From: Octopus sinensis
Lineage: Eukaryota
Assembly: GCF_006345805.1 (NCBI RefSeq)
Contig: NC_043011.1
Location: 52,526,464-52,590,463, forward strand
Length of the DNA stretch: 64,000 nt
Direction: 5' to 3'
The translations under genes and the position numbers were made by a program. This document shows, in pieces, positions 1-14,785 of this stretch. The notes beneath the pieces were generated by a model that was not told the origin of the DNA, ran no database searches, and saw nothing but the letters and a program-made list of their open reading frames with translations. Within the stretch, counting starts at the first letter, position 1. The number at the start of each line of letters is the position of its first letter.

Positions 1-220
1 TGGATATGTATGTATGTGTGAGTGTTTGGGTGTGTATGTGTGGTTTTTGTGATTAAGAAGTATCTTGCCTTCCTAATCATGTGGTTATGGTCCAGTTCCA
101 CTGCTTGGTATCTTAAACAGGTGTGAATGGAATTTTGGTGGACAGAAATTAAATGAAAACCATCATATCTATCTACTTCTCTTTCCCCACTCTCTCTCTC
201 TCTCTTTATTTATATATATA

Positions 221-399
221 GGCGTAGGAGTGGCTGTGTGGTAAGTAGCTTGTTTACCAACCACATGGTTCCGGGTTCAGTCCCACTGCGTGGCACCTTG
301 GGCAAGTATCTTCTACTATAGCCTCGGGCCGACCAAAGCCTTGTGAGTGGATTTGGTAGACAGAAACTGAAAGAAGCCGTTGTATGTATATGTATATAT

Positions 400-432
<33 letters not shown>

Positions 433-648
433 GCGTGGGTGTGTGTTTGTGTGTCTGTGTTGTCCCCTAGCATTGCTTGACCAACCGATGCTAGTGTTTA
501 TGTCTCCGTTACTTAACGGTTCGGCAAAACAGACCGATAGAATAAGTACTGGGCTTACAAAAGAATAAGTCCCGGGGTCGAGTTGCTCGATTAAAAAAGG
601 CGGTGCTCCAGCATGGCCACAGTCAAATGACTGAAACAAGTAAAAGAG
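221..648 (+). mobile_element. tRNA-derived SINE, family A (most abundant; CORE-like accttgggcaagt body, internal TA/TG microsatellite)
   Basis: A box tggctgtgtgg, B-box-like gggttcagtccc, tail gactgaaacaagtaaaagag; many near-identical copies in the window. Confidence 0.85.
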
Positions 649-923
649 TATATATATATATATATATGGAAAATAAGTCAAGGTAGAAAATGCTAAAATA
701 ATTTCATCATGAAAAACATTTTAGTACTGGTTTCAGTCATTGAGACATTTTCAACGCTTAAGTATGGAAAACAATTAAATTGTGGAAAAATTAAATGAAA
801 AGTCTTTTTAAAAAATATTTCCATAGCATTCAAATACAAGGGGCATTTTCCTTGCTTCTGCCTGTCTCTCTCTTTTTTTGTATTCTTGTGGGTTCAAGAT
901 ATATTTTGATATATATATATGTA

Positions 924-1395
924 TATCATCATCATTGTTGTCGTTTAACATCTGCTTTCCATACTAGCATGGGTTGAACGGTTTGACTGAGGACTGGCGA
1001 GCTAGAAGGCTGCACCAGGCTCCAATCTGATCTGGCAAAGTTTCTATAGCTGGATGCCCTTCCTAACGCCAACCACTCCGAGAGTGTAGTGGGTGCTTTT
1101 ACGTGCCACTGGCACACGGGCCAGTCAGGCGGTTCTAGCAATGACCATGCTCAAAAGGTGTTTTTTATGTGCTACCTGCATGGGAGCCAGTCTGGCAGCA
1201 CTGGCAACGACCACGTTCGAATGTTATTTTATTCACATGTCACTGGCACATGTGCCAGTTAGGTGACTCTGGCAATGATCACGCTTGAATGGTACTTATT
1301 ACGTGCCACCGGCATGGGAGCCAATCAGCGGCCTTGGCAACGATCACGCTCAGATGGTGCTTTTAACATTCTACTGGCAAGAATGCCATGTTCCA
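924..1395 (-). mobile_element. RTE 3'-end element (non-coding tail with ~60-bp subrepeats)
   Basis: catcatcat tail at left, ggatgcccttcctaacgccaacc motif, gtgccactggcac subrepeats. Confidence 0.8.
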
Positions 1396-1631
1396 TATAT
1401 ACATATATATATAAATATTAATCTTGGTTTATGATTTGATTTGTTTTGTTACATATTCAGGCGAGGGGATTTCAGGCTGATTGGAGATAAGATAGAGTAG
1501 GTAAATAGAATTAGAACAATAAATGAATAAATTGAATAGAGATGATAGAAGAAATTTAAATATGATTAAAGTTAATAAAATAATGGAATATTCATTTATG
1601 AGGTATAAATAAAGTTATGAAAATTTGTATA

Positions 1632-2025
1632 TACTCTTTACTCATTTATTTGTTTCAGTCATTTAAATGTGGCTATACTGGAGCACCACCTTTAGTCGAG
1701 CAAATCGACCCCAGGACTTATTCTTTGGAAGCCTAGTACTTATTCTATCGGTGACTTTTGCCGAACCGCTAAGTTACGGGGATGTAAACACACCAGCATC
1801 TGTTGTCAAGCGATGTTGGTGGGGACAACCACAGAACACATACATACATACATATATATATATATATATTATATATTATATATATATCCATACATATATA
1901 CGATGGGCTTCTTTCAGTTTCCGTCTACCAAATCCACTCACAAGGCTTTGGTCAGCCCGAGGCTATAATAGAAGAGACTTGCCATGGTCCCACACAGTGG
2001 GACTGAACCTGGAACCATGTGGTTT
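1632..2025 (-). mobile_element. SINE family A, head-truncated
   Basis: Reverse complement of the 221-648 body and tail. Confidence 0.8.
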
Positions 2026-3149
2026 GTGCAAGTATGCATGTATACATATACACACATACATATATGTATCTGTATGTCCATGCACAGAGTCATGCATATA
2101 CTCACATATATGCATATATCCACACGTACACACATATCCACACATATACATAGATATGTATACATACATACATATACAGGCACACTCACACATACATGTA
2201 TGAGTATATATATATGCGTTTACACTTTTTACCCATCACCCCTAAGAAGTTAATATAGATCCATGTTGGTCACTTTATTCTGATTGGTTAATGAAATTTT
2301 GAATTATTTTGTTTATAGCATTTCAAGGAAAATATATTTGCTTTTAATGGTTTTTATTGTTAATAATAAACAATTATTAACTTCCCAATCTCCATTTTCT
2401 TTTTCGTCTCTTACAATCTCTTACAATTAATATATATATATATATATGAATAAAAAATGGAGTTAACGCAGGTGTAATCAAATATTTTCGACACATGTTT
2501 CGAAAATTCCACTGATACTATTCAAAAGAATAAATGGTATAAACAATGCAATCTTCTCCTCAGGAAAGTGAAAAAAACGAAACTCATCAATAAGACATTT
2601 TAGCAAAAAATGATGGATTTGTATAGCGATAGACAGAACGCTATTAATATTGTTTAAAAAAACGTTATATTTTATAAGTAGCTAACAGAAAGAGTAGGGA
2701 TATTAATAGTGAATGTTAAATATAAAGGAAATTAAAGTTTAAATTATATATAATGATAGAGACTACTTATATGCACTAAATGTATGTTTTTGCCAATGCT
2801 TACATCTGTATGCTCGCTCTATAACCGTGTTTACTAGAGTATTTTTAGAAAAAATAATGAAAAATAGCTCAGAATTGCAGAGAAGACAGAATTTCTTGTC
2901 TTTGTCATATGCATATCAGTAAAAATATATATATGTCGAAACAATTTGTTGGCCTTTTATGGTTTTTATAATTATTTGTTATATAATATTATGTTATGCT
3001 ATATATTATATTCATAGTATTTAATGTAATATTGTAATATAAATAAATTATTGGATTGTCAATAAAATATCTCTAATTTATCTGTATTATTGAATTATAC
3101 CAATATTTATGTGGTATCCAACTGAAGTACCAGTGAATTGGATGTTTAA

Positions 3150-3368
3150 CCCTTTCATTACCAACCCGGCTGAAACCGGCTCTGGCTCTGAGTACAAATG
3201 TCTTGTTTCCATAAGTTTTGAATTAAAATCTTCCACCAAACCTTAGTCACAATTTATGTTCCTAACACTAGCTGAATGATAACTAAGTTATTTTACTAAA
3301 TTCTTTGTTATATTTAAAGTAATTGAAAAAACACAGAGCATTTCAAAAGAAATACAGCAACGAAAGGG
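3150..3368. mobile_element. TTAA-flanked piggyBac-like MITE (family 1)
   Basis: TTAA ccctttcatt ... aacgaaaggg TTAA. Confidence 0.8.
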
Positions 3369-5397
3369 TTAACACACTCCTTTGAAGGATTTCTTTTCCT
3401 CAGTTTGTGTTTTCTTATGTCTTCACAGATGGAAGACATTGTGTGATACCTGTGACTAACTGTTACCATCATGCAAGTAATGTCATTCATTTCCAATCTT
3501 CCATGAAAATATATGCAGTCATGGGGAAACTGTTGCCTGGAAATAGAAGAGCAACCAGCTGTAGGAAATCTGTCTCTCTGAATTCTGTCTAATCCATGCA
3601 GGCTCGGAAAAGAGAACATTTTGCTATTTAAACTGGCCAGGTCATACCTCTCAAACCTACCCTACAATGTCATTTCAGAAAATAAACAGTCACATCATTG
3701 AAATCTCGAAGCTACAAGATAGTGCATGATTAATTCAAAATAACGTGAATAATAGATATTACATTTGACTGAGTGATCTGATAGCTATGATGATGATGAC
3801 AATGGTGATGATGATGATGATGATACAAGAACATGGGTCAGGGTAGTTGAGTTTGGGACTTTTGGTTATAATAGACATCAAAATATTACAGTATCCTCAA
3901 AACGTTATATATTTGGATGGCTGTTGACGAAAGAGGCCAATAGAATAAGTACCAGACTTTAAAAAAAAGGTACTGGGGTAGGTTCATTTGACTAAAAATT
4001 CTTCAAGGCAGTGCTCCAGCATGGCTGCAGTTTTAATGACTGACACATTGATATGTGCACTGTTACACACACATGCATACACACATATATACACTCACAC
4101 CTACTCTTTATATTTTCCGTAATTTAGTATTTTATTTAAAAGAAATTTTTTTTTTTGCATGGTACCAGCACTAGGGATGTCACACTGCCTAGTAACATCA
4201 TTTATGTTGGTGCCATGAAAAAAAAAGAAAGACCCAATACACTCTGTAAAGTGGTTGTTGTTAGGAAGGGCATCCAGCCATTGAAACCTTGCCGAAGTAG
4301 ACATTGGAGCATGATGTACTCCTTGGACCTGTTAGATCCTGTTGAAGCATCCAACCCATGCCAACATGGAAGACAAATGTTAAAAGATGATGACGATGAT
4401 GATGATCTTCTTCTTCTTCTTCTTTTTTTCATCTTCTTTTCTTCTTCTTCTTCTTCTTCTTCTCATTATTATTGTTGTTGTTGTTATCATCATCATCATC
4501 ATTATCATCATTATTATTATTAAATATCAAGGATCACACTCTCTCTAATTGGTGTTCACAAAGACTCTATATCCCTTTATTATAATTTTCATTTTTGTTT
4601 TTAAAGGCAAATGCTGCATTGAGACATGCATGCCTTTCTAAAAGGAAATGGAGCATATTGGGTTTTAACTGCTATAATTTAAAATTCTATTGCAACCTTG
4701 CCCATCCCACCCTGCTTTACGCATACTTCCTGTGTTGCTGAAATCACAGGAAGATCATATATTTGATACACATATTATATAACATCAAATATATTGGGTA
4801 GTGTTGTTGTTGTGTTGTTGTGTTGATTATGCACAGGACCGGCTGCATATTACAGAAGTGGGCCACACAAAACTTTCAGTGAGCCAAGGTGAGATGTACC
4901 GTGAAACATAAGCATATATATAATATAATGAAACCGCAATTCTTGCTAATTACAGTTACCCAGGGTTTTTTATTATTATTATTATAACATTATCTTTGCT
5001 CTCTTAGCTGACAGACCATAGTTAAGTTCCAGGTTCTGTAATTTTGTAAATAAGGGGTTCAACTTTGGTTCTATGTTAGCGTGTGTATATAAGAATTGTT
5101 TGCATAATGAGATAAAAAAACCCAAGGCTGTGTAGATATTAGAGCATTTATAGATAGGTCTTACAGCTGTTTCTAGGATATTTATTAATTATATCCCTTC
5201 ATTGGAGATGATGTGAGAGGATGGTTAAGTAGTAGTTAGTTTAGATGGGATACAAAATAGAGAGTGAGGTGGAGGAAAGAAAATAAATGCAAGATATGTA
5301 GGGATATTGAATTTGTAGATCCATTTTTTAGGTGTATATATATATATTATATATACTCCTTGGAACTTTCAGATCCTGTTGAAGCATCCAACCTATG

Positions 5398-5531
5398 CTT
5401 CTTCTTCTTCTTCTTCTTCTTCTTCTTCTTCTTCTTCTTCTTCTTCTTCTTCTTCTTCTCTTCTTCTTCTTCTTCTCTTCTTCTTCTTCTTCTTCTTCTT
5501 CTTCTTCTCTTCTTCTTCTTCTTCTTCTTCT

Positions 5532-5562
<31 letters not shown>

Positions 5563-5566
5563 TTAT

Positions 5567-5597
<31 letters not shown>

Positions 5598-5615
5598 TTC
5601 TTCTCTTCTTCTTCG
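5398..5615. repeat. Long (CTT)n / (AAG)n microsatellite with interruptions
   Basis: Read directly. Confidence 0.95.
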
Positions 5616-5701
5616 TCTTCTTCTTTTCTCTGCTTATAGCTTATTCTTCTATTCTTTTTGCTTCTCTCTTCTTCTATTCTGCTTATATCTTATTCTATAT
5701 A

Positions 5702-5748
<47 letters not shown>

Positions 5749-8104
5749 GGTTGTCTTTGTGGCTGAGTTCCCCCCCTCCACACTTGACTACCAATGTTGG
5801 TGTGCTTATGTCCCCGTAACTTAGCAGTTCAGCAAAAGTGACCAATAGAATAAGTACTAGGCTTACAAAGAATGGGTCGTGGGGTTAATTTGTTCACCTA
5901 AAACCCTTCGTGGTGGTGCTCCGACATAGCCACAGTCAAATGACTGAAACAAGTAAAAGAATATATATATTACACTCACACACACAACACACACACATGC
6001 ACACACAGAGATACACATGCATGCATATATCCGCACATGGTGGGTGTAAGCACAAGTGTGAGGTCATGAAGTTTGCTTCCCAACCAGCTGGCATCAGATT
6101 CAGTCCACACATCCACTGCACTAAAAGGTAGGACACACTATTAAATAATGTTGTCCTAGATACACAAATGAGCATTGCATGATTAAGACTGAAATACCTT
6201 TGCTTACTATTAATTATTAGTCTTCACAATCAGGGCTAACCTGAAGCTCCACAACAACAGGACTAGACAAACAAAGGATCTTCTTATATGACCATTCAAT
6301 GTGCTAGAGATAGTAACAAAACAAAGAAAAGAAACCTATGACATATTGAATAAGATAGAACAAGAGATATGTCTTTAAAATATAAACAAGTAGGTGCAGG
6401 CGTGGCTGTGTGGTGAGAAGTTTGCTTCCGAACCACATGGTGCCAGTTCAGTCTCACTGCAAGGCACTTTGGGCAAAGTGTTCTCTACTATAGGCCTGTG
6501 CCAACCAAAGCGTAATAAGTGGATTTCACAGACAGAAATGAAAAGAAAACCATCATTTTCTCTCTCTCTCTCTCTCTCTCTCTCACATTATATATGTATA
6601 CTCTCTCTTTCTCCTTTCAATTTCCTAACCATGTGGTCTTGGGTTGGGTCCCACTGAGTGGCATCTTAGGCAAGTGTTTTCTGTTATAGTGTCAAACCAA
6701 CCAAAGTCTTGTGAGTGGGTTAGGTAGATGGAAACTGAAAGAAGCCCATTATAATATGTATATGTATGTCTTCCCTTTCCTAGGCATCGTATGATGGTTG
6801 TAAAAGAGCGTTATCATCGTACAAGCTAGAGTGTTCATTTACACAATTTTCTATAAAAAAAAAGATGCCTAGCAATGGGAAAATATTACTTTGCTTAGAA
6901 ACAAGAGTAGATTGATGACAAGAAGGGCATCCGACCATAGAAAATATGCTTCAATAAATTCCGTCTGATCTATGCCAGCATGAAAAGTGGATATTAAATG
7001 ATAATAGTACCATAATAGTCATGAATATAGTACCATTTATTAAATACATCTTGGTTTGAAGGCTTCAGTTGTCTCAAAATGCAAAACACAAACATACATA
7101 TAACACAGAATTGTACACCTTCAATGAAAATAGATAATCTACTATAATCCAATGTAATAGTAGTAATAATGTTAATGAGCTTATTGTATGCAGTGAGCAG
7201 GTGCACCACAGCTTGTTGGAATAGAAGAAACTGAAAGCAATAGTTAGTTTTTTTTAATATTTCATTATTATATAAAATAATATATAATTTAAAAATGATA
7301 ATCTAAAAATGCAATTAAGTTTATTGTTGTTTATTTCTGAACCTTTTTGTTACCATATTTTCTATTGAAATATGCTGCCTTTAAGTCAATTAATTTTGTA
7401 AATAATGAAGAATTTAATAAAATAATTTGGCCATTATTAAAATGGTGTTTGGAATATAAATTAACCCTGAATCCCGATGGCAGGTTTTAATTTAGATCAC
7501 TTTGAACTGGATGCTTTTATCATAGGTCCAGAGGTGGTCTGAGGCAAAAATTGTTGATAAAAGAGGGTGGCTGCAGTGCTGGATTAACCATTATGCAAAA
7601 TAAACATATACTTCAGCCATCAAGGGAAGGAGGGGGCACCACAGAAATGGTTAATGGTTTACAGTACAAAAGAAATCATTTGGAACTTGCTAAAACAATA
7701 TTTAAATGATTGGAAATATAATTTTGAAGTGTTCATGGTGTCATAGTGAGGATATAAATAAAATTAGACTATACAAAAATAAACATTATTTTTCTATCTT
7801 ACTCTGTTGTGTCTGGGGAGAGTCATTTTCTTTTTGTGCCTTATAATATAACACACACACCAGTAAAATTTCCACTTTTTTTTCTTATTTTTATTTTCCT
7901 AAAATTTTCGTTGCGTCTTGCAACCTTTTCAATAGTTTTGACTCTGTCCATTATTTACACTGCGTTCCCTTTTTCTAGCTTACTGTTTTGTTTCATTTTG
8001 AAAAATAAAAATTAATTTTATGGTTTAGTATTGTTTATATTTTGAATTACATATATCTAGGGACACTAAAATCTTAAGTTCTTAGGGCCTCTATGTGTCT
8101 TTAA

Positions 8105-8289
8105 CCCTTTTGATACCAATCCAGCTGAAACCACCTCTGGCTCTGTAGTACAAATGTCTTGTTTTCAAAAGTTCTGAATTAAAATATTTGACCAAACTTT
8201 ATTAAGTTATTTTACTAAATTCTTGGCTATATTTAAAATTAATTGAAAGAAACACAGAACATCTCAACAGAAATATGGTAACAAAAGGG
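8105..8289. mobile_element. TTAA MITE family 1
   Basis: TTAA cccttttgatacc ... ggtaacaaaaggg TTAA; internal sequence matches 3150-3368. Confidence 0.8.
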
Positions 8290-9025
8290 TTAATCCAGCC
8301 CTGGATATAAACGATTGCAGTGTGGAAAGCATATATTAGCCATTCAAAAACATACAAAGGCTGTTAACTTCAGTTAAATATTTATTATTTGGTGTCAAAT
8401 TTCTCATCTCATGAACTGTGACCTGACTTGGTCACTGACATGATTTCACTGCATCTCGGCATATTAAATGACTGAAAAGTTTCTCTGCTAGTTCCTCAAC
8501 AGTTACAATGGGATTTTGTTCCACCAGGGTTTGCAGGACATCCTTGTCAAGCTCTACTGATCTTCCAGGACGAGACTCATCTTATAGGCTGTAGTCTCTG
8601 GCTCAGAATTTCTGGAACCCCGTTGACACTAGCTTACGCTTATTGTCCAATCCCCATATACTGCATTAATATTCCTTGCACTTTCTGTTGCATTGTTGCC
8701 TTTATTGAACTCATAAAGCAAAATATGTCAAAGATGCTCCTTTGTCACTTCCATTATAGCTTTGAAAATGTAACTGTTAAAATCGAATTGCACTCTTCAA
8801 AACTTGCACTAAGAATAAGGACAACGTAAAATTAATACCTGCTTTTATAGCAAGTTGATGCAGGTAGTTTATCCCGTTCCCCTCTGATTTTTAGTTCATG
8901 CAATTGAAAAAACCACTTTATTTATGGGATGACCCAATACTAGTTGAGCACTGGGGTTGATGTAATCAACTTAGACCTTCCCCTGAAATTGCTGGCTTTG
9001 TTCCAAAATTTGAGACCAACGTGTC

Positions 9026-9273
9026 CAGTGTTTCTCAACCAGTTTTTACCTATAGATCCCTTTGATTCCTATTTTACATGGAAGGACCCTCAAAGCCTTT
9101 CCATGTTTTGAAAAAATCCCATTATATTTTTGTAATTAAATATTATTAGGGATTGTATCAAAAAATTGTTAAAATGTTTTGTGAATTGTACATGTAAAAC
9201 CAATTTATTGCCCCAAAACTTGAGCAATAAAATCTTATATGGACCCTCAAGGGTCATGTTGAGAACTTGTACT
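9026..9273. mobile_element. hAT-like MITE
   Basis: cagtgtttctcaacc ... gttgagaac ends; related fragments near 15.7 and 61.35 kb. Superfamily is tentative. Confidence 0.45.
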
Positions 9274-11183
9274 ATAATTGTTTTAGCTTCAAACACACTG
9301 GCTCGGATCAAATCACTTGTCTGACATGTCTGCCTCTGAAATATACACTAAAACCCATCCCTAATTTTAATCATGATATTAGTATAAAAACATAGAAGAA
9401 AGAAAAATGCCTTCTATGTATATTTATAAATGGAATTTTATGGTATTTAAGAAAAAAATTATCTGCCTATTCATAATGACTTTTTTTTATCATCATCACA
9501 CCAGTTAATTTGCTTATTACTTAATTTGATATTTTTGTGGTTTGTGATGCTCTCTTTCTCATTGCTTCAGTTTGAATAAAATTTGTGTGAATGTGTCACA
9601 TCAAATTCTTGGGCTGTAGAAGAAAACAGATTGACCCAGGTCAGTGCCAATTAAAATGGCCTGTGTCCCATTCATTTTTAAACATGAGAGGATGTGAACA
9701 GAAGGAAATCTACCTGTTATTTCTAGCCCTTGGAGGGCTGGTGTTTTTTTAATCCATATTATACAAGAAGACCTATGATCAAAAGCATTCTAGACTTGAC
9801 CAACCTGTCTCTAAACATACAGGACTACACTGTCTTAATGTGTCTTTTTTTTTTTTCACGTGGTATGATGGAATTTGAGACAGACTTTCCTGCTTTGCCA
9901 ACCAGGAATCAAAACAAAACTCAGAAAATTTGAAAATTTGCTCATTGAGCAGACATTCTACCTGTGATCTTCCAGTCTTAATGTATATTTAGAATTACAT
10001 TTACCAATGTGTCATCATCATCATTATCATCATCCTTTTATGCCCACTTTTTTATGCTGGTATGATGGCATGGGTGGGTCATCACAGATTGAACCAGTTT
10101 TTTACCAAAGTTATAGTCCTCCTAGTTGTGTCAGGAATCACATCTTGGCTGGATGCTAATCTTATCATCAACCACTTTACGCTGTACAAGGTGTATTTTG
10201 TCATGGCACCAACACTGCAGAAGTTGTCTTGTCCATGGCATCACTTGACCCCTTGCAGGCAGATTTAGTACTGACAGTCTGTGCTGTGTACCAGTATTAG
10301 GCTGTCCAGTAACTACATAATTTTTCATACAAGGAATTTTACAGTGTATTTACAGATTCTTCTCAATGTGGTGTATCTGAAAACACTGTGCCACACAGAG
10401 TGAGACATCACACTGCTTAGACACACAGTGTTTCAATGCGGTCAGGACTCCTTTCCATCTGCAATGAGTTAAGAGGCCTTTTTATCTGATACTACCTTAA
10501 TTTGATTGCTGACCAACCACTTTTATGGTCAAAATGCTTAGCGGTATTTCGTCTGCCATTGCATTCTGAGTTCAAATTCCGCCAAGGTCATCTTTGCCTT
10601 TCATTCTTTCGGAGTCAATAAATTAAGTACCAGTAAAAGACTGGGGTCGATGTAATCAATTTAACCCCTCTCTCCAAATTTCAACCCTTGTGCCTATAGT
10701 AGAAAGGGTTTTATATATATCATCATCATCATCATTTAAGATCTTTTCCATACTGGCATGGGTTGGACAGTTTAACCAGAGCTGCACCAGGTTTCAGTTT
10801 GATTTGACTTCGTTTCTATGGTTGGATGCTCTTCCTGGTGCCAACCATTTTACAGAGTGTGCTGGGTGCATTTTACATGGACCAGTCCTGGTGCTTTAGA
10901 AACACAGAAAATATAATTGGTATTTCTAAGCTTTATATTCTCCATTTCCCAGCATACAATTCAAATTTTTCAGATCAAAATATACAGCCAAAGATGGTAG
11001 GTTGACTTATACACCAAGATGATTTGGGGGGACCAAACATTTCATGAGAAACACAGCAGGATTTGGAAAGATAGTGAGGATGTTTGAATGTTTACAATAT
11101 ATAACCTGTCAACTTGTATGCTGGAAAATATGGTACTCACATTGGCTTGCTGAAATGTGTATATATTATATAAAGCTTAAAAA

Positions 11184-11572
11184 TACTCTTTACTCTTTTA
11201 CTTGTTTCAGTCATTTGACTGCGGCCATGCTGGAGCACTGCCTTTGGTCGAGCAAATCGACCCCAGAACTTATTCTTTGGAAGCCTAGTACTTATTCTAT
11301 CGGTCTGTTTTGCCAAACTGCTAAGTTACGGGAACGTAAGCACACCAGCATCAGTTGTCAAGTGATGTTGGAGGGACAAACACAGACACTCAAACACGTA
11401 CATATACATATATATGACGGGCTTCTTCCAGTTTCCGTCTACCAAATCCACTCACAAGGCTTTGGTCGGCCCAAGGCTATAGTAGAAGACACTTGCCCAA
11501 GGTGCCACACAGTGGGACTGAACCCAGAACCATGTGGTTAGTAAGCAAGCTACTTACCACACAGCCACTCTT
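11184..11572 (-). mobile_element. SINE family A
   Basis: Full-length reverse-complement copy. Confidence 0.85.
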
Positions 11573-11879
11573 GCATTGCATTTCTTATTAGTATATAACG
11601 TGGCTCAAATTCTACCTGCTAGCGTGCCCAGCAATATGATAGTTGTTTTCAAACTGCACAGGATATAGGAGTGGAATGTGGAAGCAGCCCAAACTATTTG
11701 GTAATGTGTCATGCCTTCCAGCAGAATTTTAATTTATATCTATATAGGTGCAGTATGGCCAAATGCTTTATTAAGTTCATTTTGCAACCATGAGGTACTA
11801 GCTTTGCATGGTATTTTGGACAAACATCATTTTCTGTAGCCTTGGGTCTATCTGTACAGTACTTCACTGTTTTTGTTGT

Positions 11880-12745
11880 GTAATGTGGGTCATTTCACTT
11901 TCTAATAAGTGAGAATTTGTCAGAAGGCCTCCAGGAAAGCGAAATGACCCACGTTACACGACGAAAACAGTGAAGTTTCGGGGTAACAGTCGGGTGCTTT
12001 GGGGATACATAAAAAGTGATGGTTCAAAAAAGTTGGTTAAAATTGACAGTAACTTGAACAGTGCCAAATACATCCCAGTTGCTGAAGGACAATTTGATAC
12101 CAAACTTGGATGAAGGTGAGATTTTTCAGTATGGCAGAGCTCCATTCCACAGATTGTGTGCAACACAACAGAATCTGGCTGATGAAGGTGTTACTATATT
12201 AAAAGATTGGCCAACACAGAGCCCTAACTTAAATATCATCAAGCAAACGTGGATAGAACTAAAGAGAAGAGTTTGTCAGAAGAATCCACTCAATCTTGAA
12301 GAGTTGTGGAAGCTCATCCACAATGGCACCTCATACCTGTGGTGAAAATAGTGAGGGATTTCTTTACATTGCTTCCCAGGCACATTGAAGCAATTACTCC
12401 AGCTAATGGAAGCCACACGAAATATTAACAATGTACAGTAACTTGTTGAAATAGACATTATGTAATATATTTTCATTATATACATTTTTTCTGTTTTATA
12501 ACACTGTATCTTGATTGGTTTATGTGAAGTGGCTGAAAACTTTTGCACTGCCATTTTTGGTGGTCGTCTCTCATTTTCACCCCACATTCAAAATCCCTAC
12601 TACAAAATCATTAGTATGGAAATGGCTACAACGGGGCCAATGTTTCATCTGTAAAAAACGCAATGCGAAGCATCCACTTATAAGTTGGCAATTTGTAGAA
12701 ATTTACAATAGTTTTTAAGTAACCAAAGACTTTTGCATGGTACTG
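11880..12745 (+). mobile_element. Tc1-like transposase remnant with right TIR
   Basis: VRRPPGKRNDPRYTTKTVKF..WGYIKSDG..NSAKY..LKDNL and WPTQSPNLNII..W..LKRRV..NLEELW; ends gacttttgcatggtactg|TA. Left end not located. Confidence 0.78.
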
Positions 12746-14604
12746 TACCTTGTGAGTAAAACTGGGTAGAGAAACTGATATAGAAAACTATCAGATTAAT
12801 TGTATGTGTGATACATACAATTTTGAATGTTGTGATTATTTAATTTTAGAATGACATTGTAGACTAGGTGTGAGGGACCAGATATGGCCAGTTTAAATAC
12901 TAAAATGTTACGGGTTCACTTCTATAGAATGCTTAGCTACTTACACATTAATTCGGAGACAATTCTGTTGGTTGAACTGGATCCTCATTATCAAACAACG
13001 GAGGTCAACTACTATGTATGTGTGTGCATGTGAGGCTTTTGCATAAGGTCAGCCTGAGGTTTTGTAGAAGGTACTGCAAAATGGGATTGGTCCCAGACCC
13101 TCAAGGTAGCAAAGTAAGCTTTTTAACCATGTTTTTGTGTTTGAAAAATTCCCTCAGAGAGTGGAGGTGGTTCTGGTCTATATACATTATATATTATGAA
13201 TGTGTTATCTGTGTGTCTATTTATATGCTTTACGCGGGTATAAATGTTTTAAATTATGTATGTGTGTATCTCACACACACACACACATGTGTATTTATGT
13301 TGTGTATATATATATGTTAGTGTGTCTGTGATTCTTTAAAAATATACTAGTGTGTGTGTGTTCCTATAGTAAAAGTAAAGCAAGTTATGTTGACAAAGCA
13401 TTTCACACAGTTATAGACCATAAATCCCTCTTTCCATTTATACTTACACGCATAAATAGATACCTACATAAACGAACAACATATATACATATAAATGGTG
13501 TATAATATTTTTATTGTGTTTAACCAACGCTGTTAACCCCCCATAAAATTATTTGGGTTAGCATATGTGATGCTTGACTAATTGCTCGACAAACCAGCTA
13601 CAATGTAGGTTATTTTATCCAGCTGGGTGTAGAGGTCTGGTGGGTTCTGCAAGAGAATAATAAGATAATAATGTCCTGTTTCATAGAATTATTATACACA
13701 CCTTAAATACTTCGCTGGTCTGACACGCTTATATTATGTACACTGCTGTGTCGTTCTCTTTGTAGTTTTAGCCCAGAAGATCGGCGCTGGTTAAGTAGAC
13801 CTTATAATCAAAAATGTACCAGTTTTGACCAACTTGTCGTGTTTTGTTTATCTTTCTATCTCTCAGTCATTGGACTGAAGCCATGACCGGACACTGCCTC
13901 GAAAGTTTTTAGTCGAACGAATCATGAATCGACAGCAGTAATTATTTTAAAGCCTGGTGTTTATTTTATTTGTTTCTAAGTTGTGGAGGCCTAAACAAAC
14001 CAGCACCGTTTGTCAAGCTGGGTGGGAAACAAACACAGACACACACATAACATAGACACATACATTAGAGACACACACACATACATACACACACACACAC
14101 ACATGTGTGTGCGCGCATGCGAGTGAGACAAGCTTCTTTCAGTTCTTCTACGAAAGTCACTCACTAGGCTTTGGTTGGCCCAGGGTAAAAGACATTTGTC
14201 CAAGGTGCCATGCAGTGGAACTGAACCTGGAACCATGTGGTTGAGAAGCATACTTCTTACCATATAACAGGGAAGATTGGATGATGTGGACATAGATACA
14301 GTACCTAGAATAAAGATAGGTGGTCATTGTTGGAATGTCTCTGATCATTAATCTGCTCCTTCAAGGTTGACCTGGAACTATGAGATCTCTGTGCAGTTGC
14401 ATGATCTGTTAGAAATAGCTGGCAAATCTCTTGGTGTGTGATTGAGAAATTCACTTCTCAACCACATGGTTTCAGTTTCAGTCCCACTGTGTGGCACCTT
14501 GGGCAAGTGTCTTCTATCATATCCCTGGGTTGACCAAAACCTTGTATGTGAATCCGGTGGACGATAATTGAAAGAAGCCCACTGTTTGTGTGTGTGTGTA
14601 TATA

Positions 14605-14785
14605 TTCGGTTGGTGCATAATCATTGCGGCTTTTTTTCAATAAATTTTATTCAACAAAAATTTAAACAAAACGCCAAGCAGAAATTGAAGCAGATGGTGA
14701 ATATGCTCCAGAATAATCATTTAAAGATGTTTTTATTAAATAAAATTTATTGAAAAAAAGCCACAATAATTATGCACCAACCTAA
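14605..14785. mobile_element. Mariner MITE with Hsmar1/MADE1-like TIRs, 181 bp
   Basis: tt(c/a)ggttggtgcataat(c/t)attg(c/t)ggcttttttt caataaatttta inverted at both ends; TA flanks. Confidence 0.88.

Noticed and set aside
2440-2960. PINCH promoter or first exon
   Set aside because: Repeat-poor with a few CpGs and a possible gtatgt donor, but nothing diagnostic.
5264-5824. 186-aa and overlapping poly-F/S/L ORFs, and the many YI/HT/CV-rich ORFs in the track
   Set aside because: Products of (CTT)n, (TA)n and (CA)n microsatellites and SINE bodies; no splice or homology support.
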